Shown here: piece by piece, positions 1 to 12,060 of the stretch
How positions within the stretch are numbered: the stretch's first letter is position 1
Layout of the letters: each line of letters starts with the position of its first letter
Assembly: GCA_025201805.1 (NCBI GenBank)
Contig: MU619287.1
Location: forward strand, 1-52,583
DNA: 52,583 nt
Direction: 5' to 3'
Source of the DNA: Parasitella parasitica NRRL 2501
Taxonomy: Eukaryota > Fungi > Mucoromycota
The notes under the pieces: generated by a model
Told to the model about the DNA's origin: nothing
What the model saw: the letters and a program-made list of their open reading frames with translations, nothing else
Database searches by the model: none
Made by a program: the position numbers and the translations under genes

Positions 1-121
1 AGTTGGTAACCAGTTCGATTGGGAACGCTTCGGTATCAACATCCATTTCAACCACTGCAACTTCTAAACCATCGTCATTGAAAAGGTTTCCTTGTCCGTC
101 TTCGTGTACAAAGTTGCTCAT
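1..121 (-). mobile_element. 5' end of a probable Tc1/IS630-type DNA transposase ORF, running off the window edge
   Basis: The minus strand reads MSNFVHEDGQGNLFNDDGLEVAVVEMDVDTEAFPIELVTN from ATG 121. This resembles the recurrent N-terminus I recall for Mucorales Tc1-like transposases. Upstream DNA (~145-310) carries repeated GCGAA motifs typical of subterminal repeats. The catalytic domain is not in the window. Confidence 0.5.
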
Positions 122-1020
122 ATTGTGAACTTTTGCTTTTTCGAACAATGCGAATAATTTTAATCAAAATATGCGAACTTTTTTTATTTTTGTTTGCGAA
201 TTTTTTATTTCGTGATGTGCGCACTTTTTTTTTGAAGTTCCGCGAAAATTAATAATTTTTTTTTGCGTACTTTTTTTTTCCAAAAGTGCGAACTTAATTT
301 GTGAAAATAGTGTAAACAAAAACAAATAAACCCTGAATAATACATCCATTCAATTACTGAATCGATATGCCGAGAATAAATTCTTGGCAACCCAATAGCC
401 AAACTGTGCTGGACCATGAGCAAGTTGTACAACTCCTGCTTGTTTGGACACAAAATAAACGTAAGGTCCACTGCACCAAATGCGCCACCATTGCTATAAA
501 AATTAAAAAAAGCTTAGAAAAATACAATTATAACTCTTCTTGGTTTATTAAAGTTAAAATGTAAGTGAAGTTCTGGTTAGCTCCTTGAACTTCATCTTAT
601 TTATAGTAAAGTAAAATATAGTGAATTCAAGTTACTAATGTAATAACTTGATCTTGATTAAATTAAGCTTCATGGGAAAGCAGTAAGCAGTGTTTGATTA
701 ATGTGGAGTACAAGTTGTACAATCGTCTTTAAATGTATAATATTAATGGTATAATTATTATTATTAATGCTTTATTCTCAGGATCTTAGTCAAGAACTAA
801 GATCTGCTTTACTAATTCAATATGATGTGTGAAAGACTGCCAGTAATTCACATCAACCATCACCACCTTTCATCGAAAAGGTTTCGAGAATAAACAGCCT
901 CACGTCCCTGTCTTCAAATGTGCGACCTGTAGCCACACAAAAGGAGCCGCTGACATCCGCGAGTACTTTATCAACCATTCGGACACCACCAGAGCCCAGA
1001 TCCTTGGCGACCTTGAATCA

Positions 1021-1995
1021 ATGGATACTTTCGACGATCCTCAGACCACCCAGACAACTTCAGGAACACCGGCAGAACCAGCACCCACCCTCTGTGAGGC
1101 GACAATACCCACCAACAGCCAAACAGCATCAGACCCTGTCATCCAACAGCTATTACAAACTGTGGAATTACTTCAGCGTGAACTAGCAGCCACCCGCCAA
1201 GAACTTGCGGATCTCAAACGCCAACAACTCCCAGTTGCGAATCTCCCTGCCACCCACACCCCTACTTTTGCTTCCCAACCAGCCCACCCTGCGGGCACCA
1301 CCAACCCCTGGAATCAACCAGACCGGATCGCCAATGTCACTGAATCCCTCTTTGCCGAGAAGGAGCGAGAAAGGAAACGACAACAGAGATACGAAACCTC
1401 GGCTAGAATGCTTCAGTACCCCTCCTCTAACCAAGGTTACGAACATGTATACATCCCCACCAAAGTACGACTCCCCGTTGGCAAACTTCGAACTTTGCTC
1501 CGCAGACTCGGCATCAGTAATGGACGCATTATCGACATCCACTACCCCGTCCGCAACATCGCAGGAATCCTCGTCCACAAGGATTTTGTGGATGACTTTA
1601 AAAACACCTTAATCAAGCGTGGAGGCCGAGTGATTGAAGATTTTGACCCTCGTAGTGGAACCACCATTCAGGACCCTAAGTACGCCGACTACACGGAGAA
1701 TCAACGAGACCAAATTGCATCCTATGTTCATCAAAGCCGCCTCGAAAAATCGCTTCGACATATTCGGGAACCTGTCAAGTTTTCCGTAGCTCGTTACTTC
1801 TACCAACAGTGTTGGATCTCTAAACCCATCTTTGATGAAATCATGGCCACCCGTTCTCCAATGCCCGAAGCAATCTTCGGCCAGGATGCCACTATCACAC
1901 AGACCCTCGAGCCTCGGTCATCAATCACCTTTGAATTTGATGCCGATGGCCTACTCATCATGCCAGATGCTCCTGATCAAATGGACTCTCAATGA
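1021..1995 (+). CDS. LINE ORF1 protein (coiled coil plus putative nucleic-acid-binding domain)
   Basis: 324 aa with coiled-coil heptads (IQQLLQTVELLQRELAATRQELADLK), directly upstream of an RT ORF. The frame stays open upstream to 847. Confidence 0.8.
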   Translation: MDTFDDPQTTQTTSGTPAEPAPTLCEATIPTNSQTASDPVIQQLLQTVELLQRELAATRQELADLKRQQLPVANLPATHTPTFASQPAHPAGTTNPWNQPDRIANVTESLFAEKERERKRQQRYETSARMLQYPSSNQGYEHVYIPTKVRLPVGKLRTLLRRLGISNGRIIDIHYPVRNIAGILVHKDFVDDFKNTLIKRGGRVIEDFDPRSGTTIQDPKYADYTENQRDQIASYVHQSRLEKSLRHIREPVKFSVARYFYQQCWISKPIFDEIMATRSPMPEAIFGQDATITQTLEPRSSITFEFDADGLLIMPDAPDQMDSQ

Positions 1996-4900
1996 GTGAG
2001 ACCCATTTGACAGTATCATTATTTAATGCCACAGGTGCTCCCAAACAAACAATTCATCTACTCCTCCAACTCGCTGGATCCTCCTCCCTTCTCTTCATCA
2101 CCGAAACTTGGCTCCTCCCCAAAAACATCAAATATCCTACATTATGGCGCCAATTCCACACTTACGGTGCTCCTGTCAACTCCTCTCATCCCCATCGTGG
2201 TAAGGATGGCATTGCGCTGCTGGTGAATCCGACATTCAAGCTACCCATTCAACATATTCAACATGAGCATCCTTTACTCACTAAGTTTACCCTCACAGTT
2301 ATTTTAAATCATAAATTATTAATCCATTGTCTATATCTACCACCTTCTTTAGATTCAGAATCAATCGACGAAATACTAGCACTTTTACCATTGCAATACC
2401 ACTCTACTACAAGTACTTTCATATGCGGTGACCTCAATGCCAGACTCGGACCTCATACTGGTGACTCTTCGTTCAACCCTCGAGGACGAAACGTATGGAA
2501 CTGGCTTCAATCGAATAATCTAATCGTTTGGAACAGCAGGCTTTCTTTCGGACAACCAACGAACTACCACTTTCAGGGGCAGAGCATTATAGACTACTTT
2601 ATTAGTGATACAGAATTCCAATCTACGCAACTGACCATTCAGGATGAGAGATCACTCAGCTCCACCCATAAATTCATGACAATGGAATTTGAGGTGCCTA
2701 GCTTGTTACAACCAATCGATAACTCTCCCCTTCCCCAGCGTCTACAGTGGAATTTGAACAAACTGAAAAACAAGACTATATGCCATCAGTATCGCACAAC
2801 CCTCTTACGCAATTTCGGGTCTCTGGACGTAGATTTTACAAGTCTGCATGACAGCAGCAGTGCACGCAATTTCATTGAGAATATAGCAACCACCCTCTGT
2901 ATTGCAATATATGACTCTCTCGACAAAACATGCGGCAAGCGAAACCCACTGACTGATCAATTTCTTAAGGAGTTCTGGACACCAGGCCTTACTGCTGCTT
3001 TTGACCAGAAAGAATCATATTACAAAAAATGGCGAAAGGCTAGAGACACTATTAACAAATTCAGGTACTGGGTACAACACCAGGAAGCTGTGGCAAACCT
3101 TCGTAAACTGATTAGACACAGGCGACAAGAAACCTGGAACCAATTTTGTAACAAAATGGAGCAGGGGGAGTACAACAAGGCCATCACTAGATTCAGCCGC
3201 ATCAGAAAAAATAGAGCTCCCAAACCTAGTTTTTCATCGTTAGACCCACAACAAACAGACGCAGCGGCAATGGCGACACATCTTCAGACCATCTACTCAG
3301 GTAGTCTCCTAAATCAATCGTCAGCCACATTACCTCCACCTTCGACAGAGGTTGTTGCACCGTTCACACAGGAGGCACACCCGTTTGATATTAACGAGAT
3401 CCAGGACCTTATTAAGACCCTGCCCCGCAACAAGGCACCTGGAATGGACCACATAACGGCCGAAATGCTCAAACCGGTGATTGACATAGTGTCGCTGCGA
3501 CTACTTCTTCTCTTCAAATTGTGTTGGTGCTGGTCTTATACACCTCTCTCATGGCGCGTGGCCCAAGTAGTCCCAATCCACAAAAAAGGCCCTGCTACTG
3601 ATCCAGGTAACTTTCGACCCATTAGCCTGACATCTGTTTTTCGGAAACTCTTTGAACAAAGTATATATCATGCATTACAAGCATCAAGCCCTCAACTGGA
3701 CATTGCCCAAGGGGGTTTTAGAGAATACCGAAGTTCCTTAGATCAAGTCTTATGCTTAACTGAAGTTTGCAAAATGCTCCGTCAATACCACCATTTTACC
3801 CCTACGTTGGCTTTTTTGGACATAAAATCGGCTTATGATACCGTTGATCGAAATTTTATCTGGCAGCAATTACAGTCGTTTGTCTCTGCTCCCATGCTGG
3901 CTATTCTGCGGAATCTATTTAATGAAGTGCACATTGAAGTCTTACTCAACAACTCTACCTCACCTAGATTTCAACCAATTACTGGAGTACTGCAAGGATC
4001 CATACTATCCCCCTTCTTATACTCTATCTACATCAATGGTTTACCACATCTCCTACGTCCACATTTGAGTAATGTTAACGAAATGACAAATGCCATCGAA
4101 CTCGCTCCAACAATCACATCCCTCTTGTATGCTGACGATGTTGTCTTGATTGCAAAACCCGAAAAAATGCCACATTTACTACAGACGTGCGAGGATCATA
4201 GTTATACCTTGGGTTACCGTTGGAACCCTAAGAAATGTGTCATTGTTGCTCCACCTCGAGATACTCAAGAATATCACCTTTATGGTACCAACATACCCAA
4301 AGAAACCTCCTTTTCGTATCTTGGCATAGCCATCAAACCAGGTGGAAACATTAATACTGCTACTTTAATACAACAGAATGTCAACAAAGCCAAACAATCC
4401 ATGAATCAAATATCTGCTATCGGGACCAACTCGAAAGGGTTTTCCACATTACTATCGATGCGCTTCTATGTCCAAATGATACGTTCACAAATGGAATATG
4501 GACTAGCAATCTGTGCCTTGAATCAAACAAATATAAAGCAGCTCGAGGCGGGTCAAAATGACTGTGTACGTAAACTGTATGGGGGATCTCGAACATCTTC
4601 AACGAAAGTGATGTTGCGTATGGCCAATCAGCCCTCAATGAAAGATAGATCAATAATTTTGCAAGCTAAATACATACGTCGAGCACTACAACTACCAGAG
4701 GATACACTGTTACAAAAGCTACTACCGCATATCCAAACATCTGCCAGTCATTCTCAATGGTACAAATTAATCTCCAATCCTCTCTGGCAAAAATGTGAAC
4801 CAGTGTTGGACAGATTAGACCGACGTACCTTTAACACCCTGAAGCGAGAATTCCTCCAGGATAGTTATGCCACTCTCTGCAATGGTCCGAATAGCCAAAT

Positions 4901-5171
4901 GATTTCCACTTGCCGTCCAACTTTGGTGGTTGATCCTATTCTATGGCTACCAATGACACGTATGGAGCGTAGTCAGGTAGTTCGATGGCGTCTTGGCTGG
5001 CTTCCAGGAGGCAAACCACGCCCTTGCCCTTTCCACCCGACAACTAATCTCTCTCGTGCTCACGTTACTGACTGTCTGCAGATACATCGCCGACTTCAGT
5101 TGCCTGAATCTATCCAAGACCCTCTTTCTTTCCTGCTTAACTTACTGCCACTAAAAAAGCCCACAAATGCT
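1992..5171 (+). CDS. LINE ORF2: apurinic endonuclease + reverse transcriptase + C-terminal Cys/His knuckle (truncated by gap)
   Basis: APE motifs ITETW, GDLNAR, IIDYF and SSTH. RT motifs KAPGMD, NFRPISL, QGGFR, LDIKSAYD, GVLQGSILSP, YADD and YLGI. C-terminal CPFH-x8-H-x3-C. No stops over ~1060 codons. Confidence 0.95.
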
Positions 5172-5516
5172 NNNNNNNNNNNNNNNNNNNNNNNNNNNNN
5201 NNNNNNNNNNNNNNNNNNNNNNNNNNNNNNNNNNNNNNNNNNNNNNNNNNNNNNNNNNNNNNNNNNNNNNNNNNNNNNNNNNNNNNNNNNNNNNNNNNNN
5301 NNNNNNNNNNNNNNNNNNNNNNNNNNNNNNNNNNNNNNNNNNNNNNNNNNNNNNNNNNNNNNNNNNNNNNNNNNNNNNNNNNNNNNNNNNNNNNNNNNNN
5401 NNNNNNNNNNNNNNNNNNNNNNNNNNNNNNNNNNNNNNNNNNNNNNNNNNNNNNNNNNNNNNNNNNNNNNNNNNNNNNNNNNNNNNNNNNNNNNNNNNNN
5501 NNNNNNNNNNNNNNNN
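5172..5516. other. Assembly gap (345 N)
   Basis: Run of N. ORFs spanning it are artefacts. Confidence 1.
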
Positions 5517-6548
5517 AACTGGTCCGGGCAATGCAGTTATTCCAACTATTGTGCTCATTATGACCATTTTTATTTTCCTTTTTATTTAATAAAATTTCTC
5601 ATTTAACCGTATATTGAGAAATCAATATCTCTGGGTGTGTATCCTATAACATTTTGTTCCTGAGGTCGGTGTTAAATCCTGATGAATGTTCTTCCATCAA
5701 AGCTACTAGGAACAACATTCTATCCTTCATACGTATCTATGCTCTTGTCTTACTGGTAACTCGGAAACTCTTATCCACCAAGCTCCTAGGGATTGGTTCA
5801 AGGTGTATCCAATTATCCCTCATCCTAGATCATGATCCTATTGCTGCGGCACTGTCAAAATAACTAAAAATACCTTCAAAACATAAACTAGTTTAAATCT
5901 TCATTCAATCTTGGAATAGCAAAATAAATATATTCAGTTCTAATTGTATTTTTCTGTCTATATTTTGTTACTGTATTCTAGACATAGATAAGGATATCTT
6001 TAACAGAATAACTAAAGTATGACGATAGCCATCCTGACACGGCCAACCAATGTTACGCAAATCTCCATCAATGGTGAAAGCATTCAGCATAATTTGCTTC
6101 TCCTGAAAACCTAAAATTAAACAACAAATTAATGCATTGACTCGAGGATCAATCTATGAGAACTGATATACAACAATTCAAATCCTATAAATACTAAGAT
6201 GTTTTCCTCTAGATAGAACCTCAGCATACTTTTATAATAAAGAACCCCAAACTTGATTATAATTGTAATTTCATATCGCTTTTATTTTTGTTTTTTTTAT
6301 TTCGTAAATCTTTCAAATTTACTGCATGGATATCTCACTAGTCTCTCATCTTTTTTGTTACTCCTTTAAATTTGGGCTCTGTTCTTTCGCTCGTGGAATC
6401 AAAACTTGTCAAGTATAAACAAAAGTCTTTCATTGCAGCTGGTATTCCTCATTGACCACTTGCTTTCTTCAAAATAAATTTACTATTATGATAATCTGCG
6501 TTCTACTTATATATTTATCCAATTAACTTAAATTAATATAGACTACAT

Positions 6549-7336
6549 TGTATGTGCACAGTTAATAGTATGTACCATACAAATTTATACTATATAGGAT
6601 ATAGGCTACAGATGTCACCATTAGGATGAATGACACTATAGACCTATACTTATACTTATATCTCGACACGAGCCTTGGATATTTACTAGATTTAGTATGT
6701 GCTACGAGCTTATGCTATTTAAGATCTATGCTTCTACAGATGCGTATTCCCAGTTTCTACATACGCACTACAAGACATATACTTATATCCATGATACTAG
6801 CTACAGATACATTATGTACTACAGACTTGTACAATATGCGCAATGCTATAGATGTGCTTATGACATGCTATAGACAACATGCTACATATGCCGATATATG
6901 CTAAGATAAATATTAAGTGATATACACTCAGACATATCCTATTAATATAGACTGGGTAAGACTATACAAGAAATGGTATACGCTTATGGATCGATACTAA
7001 TAATCTTCGTATAGAAGATTCATCAGGGTACCTCGGGTAAAGTCTATCTCCTTACTCAAATAGATTTAAGTTATCTTGAGTCAGCTGATATGTTGATTAG
7101 CAAAAAATTAAGATGCTAGTTACGCAGTATTGTCGTACGTGTTAAATTGCGAGAGTAGAACATTTATCCATAGCTCAAGTATATAAAGGTTCACCTACCT
7201 GGCCAGTAGATGAACTGCAGCTTTATACAGCTGTCGATTCGATAATAAAACCTATACCTTTATCGAGTTGACAATTATTGTTTTTTTATTATAATTTTTC
7301 CCATGAATCTATACATCTTATACCGATTCCACAACA
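6549..7336 (+). mobile_element. Putative solo LTR
   Basis: ~790-bp block bounded by TGT...ACA, with distinct TA/CA-rich composition, a TATATAAA box (~7180) and AATAAA (~7243) in U3-R-U5 order. No clean 5-bp TSD was found. Confidence 0.4.
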
Positions 7337-8804
7337 CATATTATAGAATACAATTTATTACTATTAGATTTGAGTGAAGCGAGTTAAAAGTTGAGTCTTG
7401 GTAAATTTTTGCTTTAATCAAAAAAAAAAAAAAAAAAAAAAATTTAGAATAAAGACATCTGGACAAGGAGATATCCTGTACTTATTATTTATGCTTTTTG
7501 AATGATTCAATGGTCGTTTTTTTTTTTTTTACTGTGGATTAGGTATTGAACAACGTAACTTAATTCTCGATAATAAGGTCTGTACTAATTCAGCAAATAA
7601 TTATTATTATATATGTTGTTCATTCGACATATGTTAATGGTTATTTTGTCTGCGGTAAATGACGGGTAACAATATGCCTTGTTTATTACACACCATTAAA
7701 TTGATAATGTAATCTTTACAATTATTTGAATGTAAATGCAATAGATAGTAATGAGTGGTCGATTGATTTCAATATTGTGCTGACCCATATAATTTGAAAT
7801 ATTAGTACTTGTGATGAACAAAAGAGATTGAATGCCTAGGAGATAATCGCTAATCTTGGATCGACAAACATATTGTTCTTGGTGCGGAAATCCTTAGAAA
7901 AGAACAAAGGTGCCCTGTTGTGTTGTATGCAAAAGATAATGTAAGTTACAATAGGACCTTCAGCAGTTTACAAAAAAAAAAGAATGTAACAATGGCTAAT
8001 TTCCATATTTATATGTACATTTTAATACGGCAATGCTTTATTTTCGTAAAATAATGCAAAGTTCTCCACAATATATAATAATAAACAATTAATCAAAGGT
8101 GATCTTGCATCGTCACATTAGTAAAAAGATTATATTGGTGGCATCTTTTCTTTATTGCATAATGGAATGGTTACTCGCATCTTCCATTCAGGGAGAATGC
8201 TCCATCATTAAACAGTAATGGCGATAGTAGAAGTAGCAGTAGTAGTTGTCATCAATTCAGTAGTCGACAATGTAGTCAGGTACTCAAGAATTGTTTGCCA
8301 GACAAATTTAATATTTTATAAGTTACCAAAAAAGTGTCGCTAAAAGTTTGATTGTTGTTTCAAAAAGGAGAGATACAAGGTGGTAGCTTGTTATGCACAG
8401 GTTCTTTGATTGGTTTGGATTGTTGACATTGGAAGTGACTTTTTTTTCTATTTTGACCATCTTTGCGATTGTGTTTTTTCTTTTCCTTCTTTCGCCTTTG
8501 CATCGTTTTTTCTTGAGATTATTGAGTTGCATAGTTTATTTCATTTAAGAAAAGAAAAGAAAAAGAAGGTAGGTTAACTATTGTTGGAGCAGGAAATAAA
8601 CTTGTGCTTTTGGCCAACACGGTCTATTTTTGATCGAATGAGCCGATGTTCGCCCATTGCAAAAAAAAAAAAAAAAAAAAAAAAAAAGTTATCAACTGCT
8701 GTATTTACAATAAAGAAATCTTTGTTCTATCGACATTGAAGATAAAGAGAAACAAAGAAAAGGATTGATTTACTAATATAATTGACTTGATAGGAAAGCA
8801 AAGC

Positions 8805-11800
8805 ATGATTTCCAATCCCAACCACAATGTGCAATCTATCATCAGCAATGAGAACCTTTTAGCGACTTTGACTGAAAAAGATGAATTAATATACGAGAGG
8901 AACAACATCCGTCTCAGTCAAATGGAGGCAGAGGTCCGTCAGCTGGCAACGTATGGTGGAGCTTGCGATGAGCTGCTAGAATGGCTCAGTGATACTCGTG
9001 CTTATAACCCATACAATGAAAAGGCACTTTTGGGGTGTATTAGTGCCATTTCTGAAAAAGCTACGGAATACGGACCTTGGTCTGGTATGGAAATCCTTAA
9101 AGAAGCAAATCAAAAGTGTGTTAATAGATTGTCTGACAAGGGACGAGGTATGCATTATTGGTCAATATATCGAAATTGTGCGAAATGTTAATGCTAGTCG
9201 TTCCAATTAGCCTATGTTAAAAAATGCTTTGAAGACTTACAAAATTCAGTGAATGGACGAAGATCTAGTAATACCTCCTCAATGTCCAGTACATCGGTAT
9301 CACATCCCTCGCCTTCTTTGCTGATCAGTAATAAATTCGCTCAACAAGCTACTGTGCCAGAGTCACCTACAGCAGCCACCAGTAGTTTTAGCCAATCGGT
9401 AAAGCTCTTCGATCCTTCTCTTTTTCCACAATCCCCCAATTCTAATACTGGCTCACCGTTGGCGTCACCGCAGTTTACAGGAGCTGAAGTAATAACAGCT
9501 TCTCCTCACGCAGCAAACTCTACGTATCCCGTTTCAACAGACAACCACTTGAACAATTACTTGCAGCGTCAAATTGAACAGCGAGCGGCACAATCCAAGC
9601 AAAATGAACAACTGGGTTTGCAAACCCAACAGCAATACATGCAGCAATACCACCAACAGCAATACCAGCAGCAACAGCCGCAGCCGCAGCCACAGCCGCA
9701 ACAGCCGCAACAGCCCCAAATAAACGTGCAGCGTTTGAGTCCAGCGCAGTTGCAACACATAAAGAACATGCAAATGCAACATGAGCAGCTTCGCAGAGCC
9801 CAGCAAGAAGAGCAGCGAAAGCTGCTGAGACAGCAAGAGATAAGAAAGCAACGAGAGCAGTACGAACTGCAAAGACGACTTGAGGCACAGAGATTACAAG
9901 AAACCCAAAGAATACAAGAAGCTAAAATAATTGAGCAGCTGAAGCAACGCCAAATACAACTGCAAGGCCAATATCAAGCACAACAGCCGCAGCAACAGCA
10001 ACAGCAGCAGCAACAGCAACAGCAGCAGCAACAGCAGCAGCAACAGCAGCAACAACAGCAACAGCAGCAGCAACAAACTTTAATGAGGCAGTATCACCAG
10101 CATCTTGGTAAACCACCGCAGCCTCCTGCTTCTAATAATGTGCCTCCTACTGTTGTCATGGCAGCTGCAGCAAATTCTGGTCAATATCAAGTATCTAGAC
10201 AGCAACAAGACCCTCGAATGAACAACTACTGGCTAATGAACAACAGCAGTATGAATATTTCTTCAGACCTATTTTCAGCTGCTGCAGCAACTACTATAGC
10301 TAATACACCGGTTACATCTACATTCATCACACCAGCTGCCTCTGCAACCGCCCCTTCTCCTTTAACAGCTATCCCGGAAAACACTGCAGTAACTGGTACA
10401 TCCATCAATGTCACACCATCTGTCACAGAAACACCATCATCACACCCAAAGCCACTTGCAAGCAATGGTATTTCTAAATCATCATTATCAGTCCCATCGA
10501 CGCCCAATATACCGACAAAGGCCATACCTAGAAGTGCAAGCATATCAGTTTATCCGTCTGATACACGTCCCTCTGCAGATACGTTAAAAATTCATCTCCC
10601 TGGGGGTGGTACCATTCATAAGCCTTATGATGCCGCCGTCGACAGCTTTGCCAAACCAACCGGCCAGGGCGATAAAATCGAATACCAACACAAGGTGAGA
10701 CATGCCTTCCAGCCGTTTCGACTCGTCCATGGCGAAGTTGTCACCAAAAAGTCTTTCTTTATTGCAGACGACGAGTACGACAAGCTGTTCAAAAACCCAA
10801 ATACCACCTTCATCGATTATCGCGGTCAAGTACCGTTATCTTATGTAATAACTGCTTGGTATGACAACACCCCAGAACGCAAGTGCGACTGGCCTACGGG
10901 AGCTCGCATTGAGCTGAATGGCCATAATTTACCGCTGCAAAAGGTACAATGATGTAGCATGATGTCTGCGAGTGTGGTACTAACAATCTACAACAGAGGG
11001 AAAAGATCAATAACCCAAATGGCCCATCCACCATCTCTGGCAAGGACAAGCCATTTGATTTAACCAGATTACTGACAAGAGGTACGAATACCCTTGTTCT
11101 CCACCAACCAAAGTGTGCCTGTGTGAGTAGCCTATCAGAATGGACGCAATGCTATCCAGACACTAACCGTAAATTTGACAACCTAGTCGTATTCCTTTGC
11201 AGTGCAAGTCTTTATTAGACCAAGCGAAAATTTCATCCGCAGCCTTGTAAAGAATAATATCATCAGCATTGACAAAAGTAATCGCTTGATTGATAATTTA
11301 CTTGGCAAGTTCAAAAGCGAAGATAACAACGACGAAGACCTTGTCATTATACAGAAATCGGTTACCCTCAAATTGAAATGCCCTCTTATGTTTAGAAGAA
11401 TGAATCAGCCTGTTCGAGGCGTCGACTGCAAACATGTTGACGTAAGTTGTTTATAAGAGTGCATAGTGCAAACAGTAGTTTCTAACAAACATCCCACACA
11501 GTGCTTTGATTTGGAAGCCTATCTCATGGTCAACAAGGTTGAGAACCCTACCTGGGCATGTCCTCACTGCAACAACACCATTGGCCCTACATCGTTAGCT
11601 CGCGATCTACTAGTGGAGCAGTTACTAGTAACCCTGCCCAAGCGAGCATCTGAAATAGAGTACATTGGGGATCACTCGAACTTTAAGATCGTCAGAATGG
11701 AGGATCCTGATTCAGACGATGAGGATGACCAAGACGACAAGGACAACGTGTTCAAGTATATAGCAAAAGACAACAGCACATCCCTTGGACAAGCAGCTGC

Positions 11801-11927
11801 TACCAGTGCATCGAATGGAAATGTTATAGATCTGATTAGTGATGATGAAGACGAGGAAATAGGACAGGACGTTCAACGTGGCAATAATACTCCGTTAAAG
11901 AGAGGTTGGGATGCCCAAAACCACTGA
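8805..11927 (+). CDS. ZMIZ1/2-like SP-RING (zf-MIZ) protein with polyQ region and C-terminal SIM
   Basis: Five exons join in frame across GT-AG introns: 8805-9147, 9211-10943, 10997-11122, 11187-11441, 11502-11927. [37 protein letters not shown]...WACPHCN. N-terminal ELLEWLSDTRAYNPYNEKALLGCI is ZMIZ1_N-like. SIM VIDLISDDEDEE. Confidence 0.88.
9990..10076 (+). repeat. CAG/CAA repeat encoding 29 consecutive Gln
   Basis: Read directly in exon 2 of the ZMIZ-like gene. Confidence 0.95.
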
Positions 11928-12060
11928 ACCATCCAATAGAATATATACCCTCTGATGTCCTCAATCAGTCAGCCCCCCCCCCTCCTATGTACAAAAGAAC
12001 GTGTAAAAAAGCTGAATAAAAACATCATTTATTAGTCGAAATGGTTCTGTAGCAGCGCCT

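Larger units (their letters stand above)
781..5171 (+). mobile_element. Non-LTR retrotransposon (LINE, APE-RT type); 3' end lost in assembly gap
   Basis: Two tandem intronless ORFs overlap at ATGA (1992-1995). The region is C-rich compared with the AT-rich flank. The 5' boundary is inferred from the composition shift and the hairpin at 782-804. Confidence 0.9.

Noticed and set aside
5151-5606. ORFs spanning the N run, including the apparent ORF2 C-terminal tail
   Set aside because: Artefacts of translating across the assembly gap.
5517-6500. Possible degenerate coding sequence after the gap
   Set aside because: No recognisable motifs in any frame and many stops.
8323-8532. Lys/Arg-rich 69-aa minus ORF divergent from the ZMIZ-like gene
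   Set aside because: Low-complexity A-rich origin, with no convincing splice continuation or domain.
9520-10116. Poly-Leu/Ala/Cys minus-strand ORFs
   Set aside because: Antisense shadows of the CAG/CAA polyQ region.
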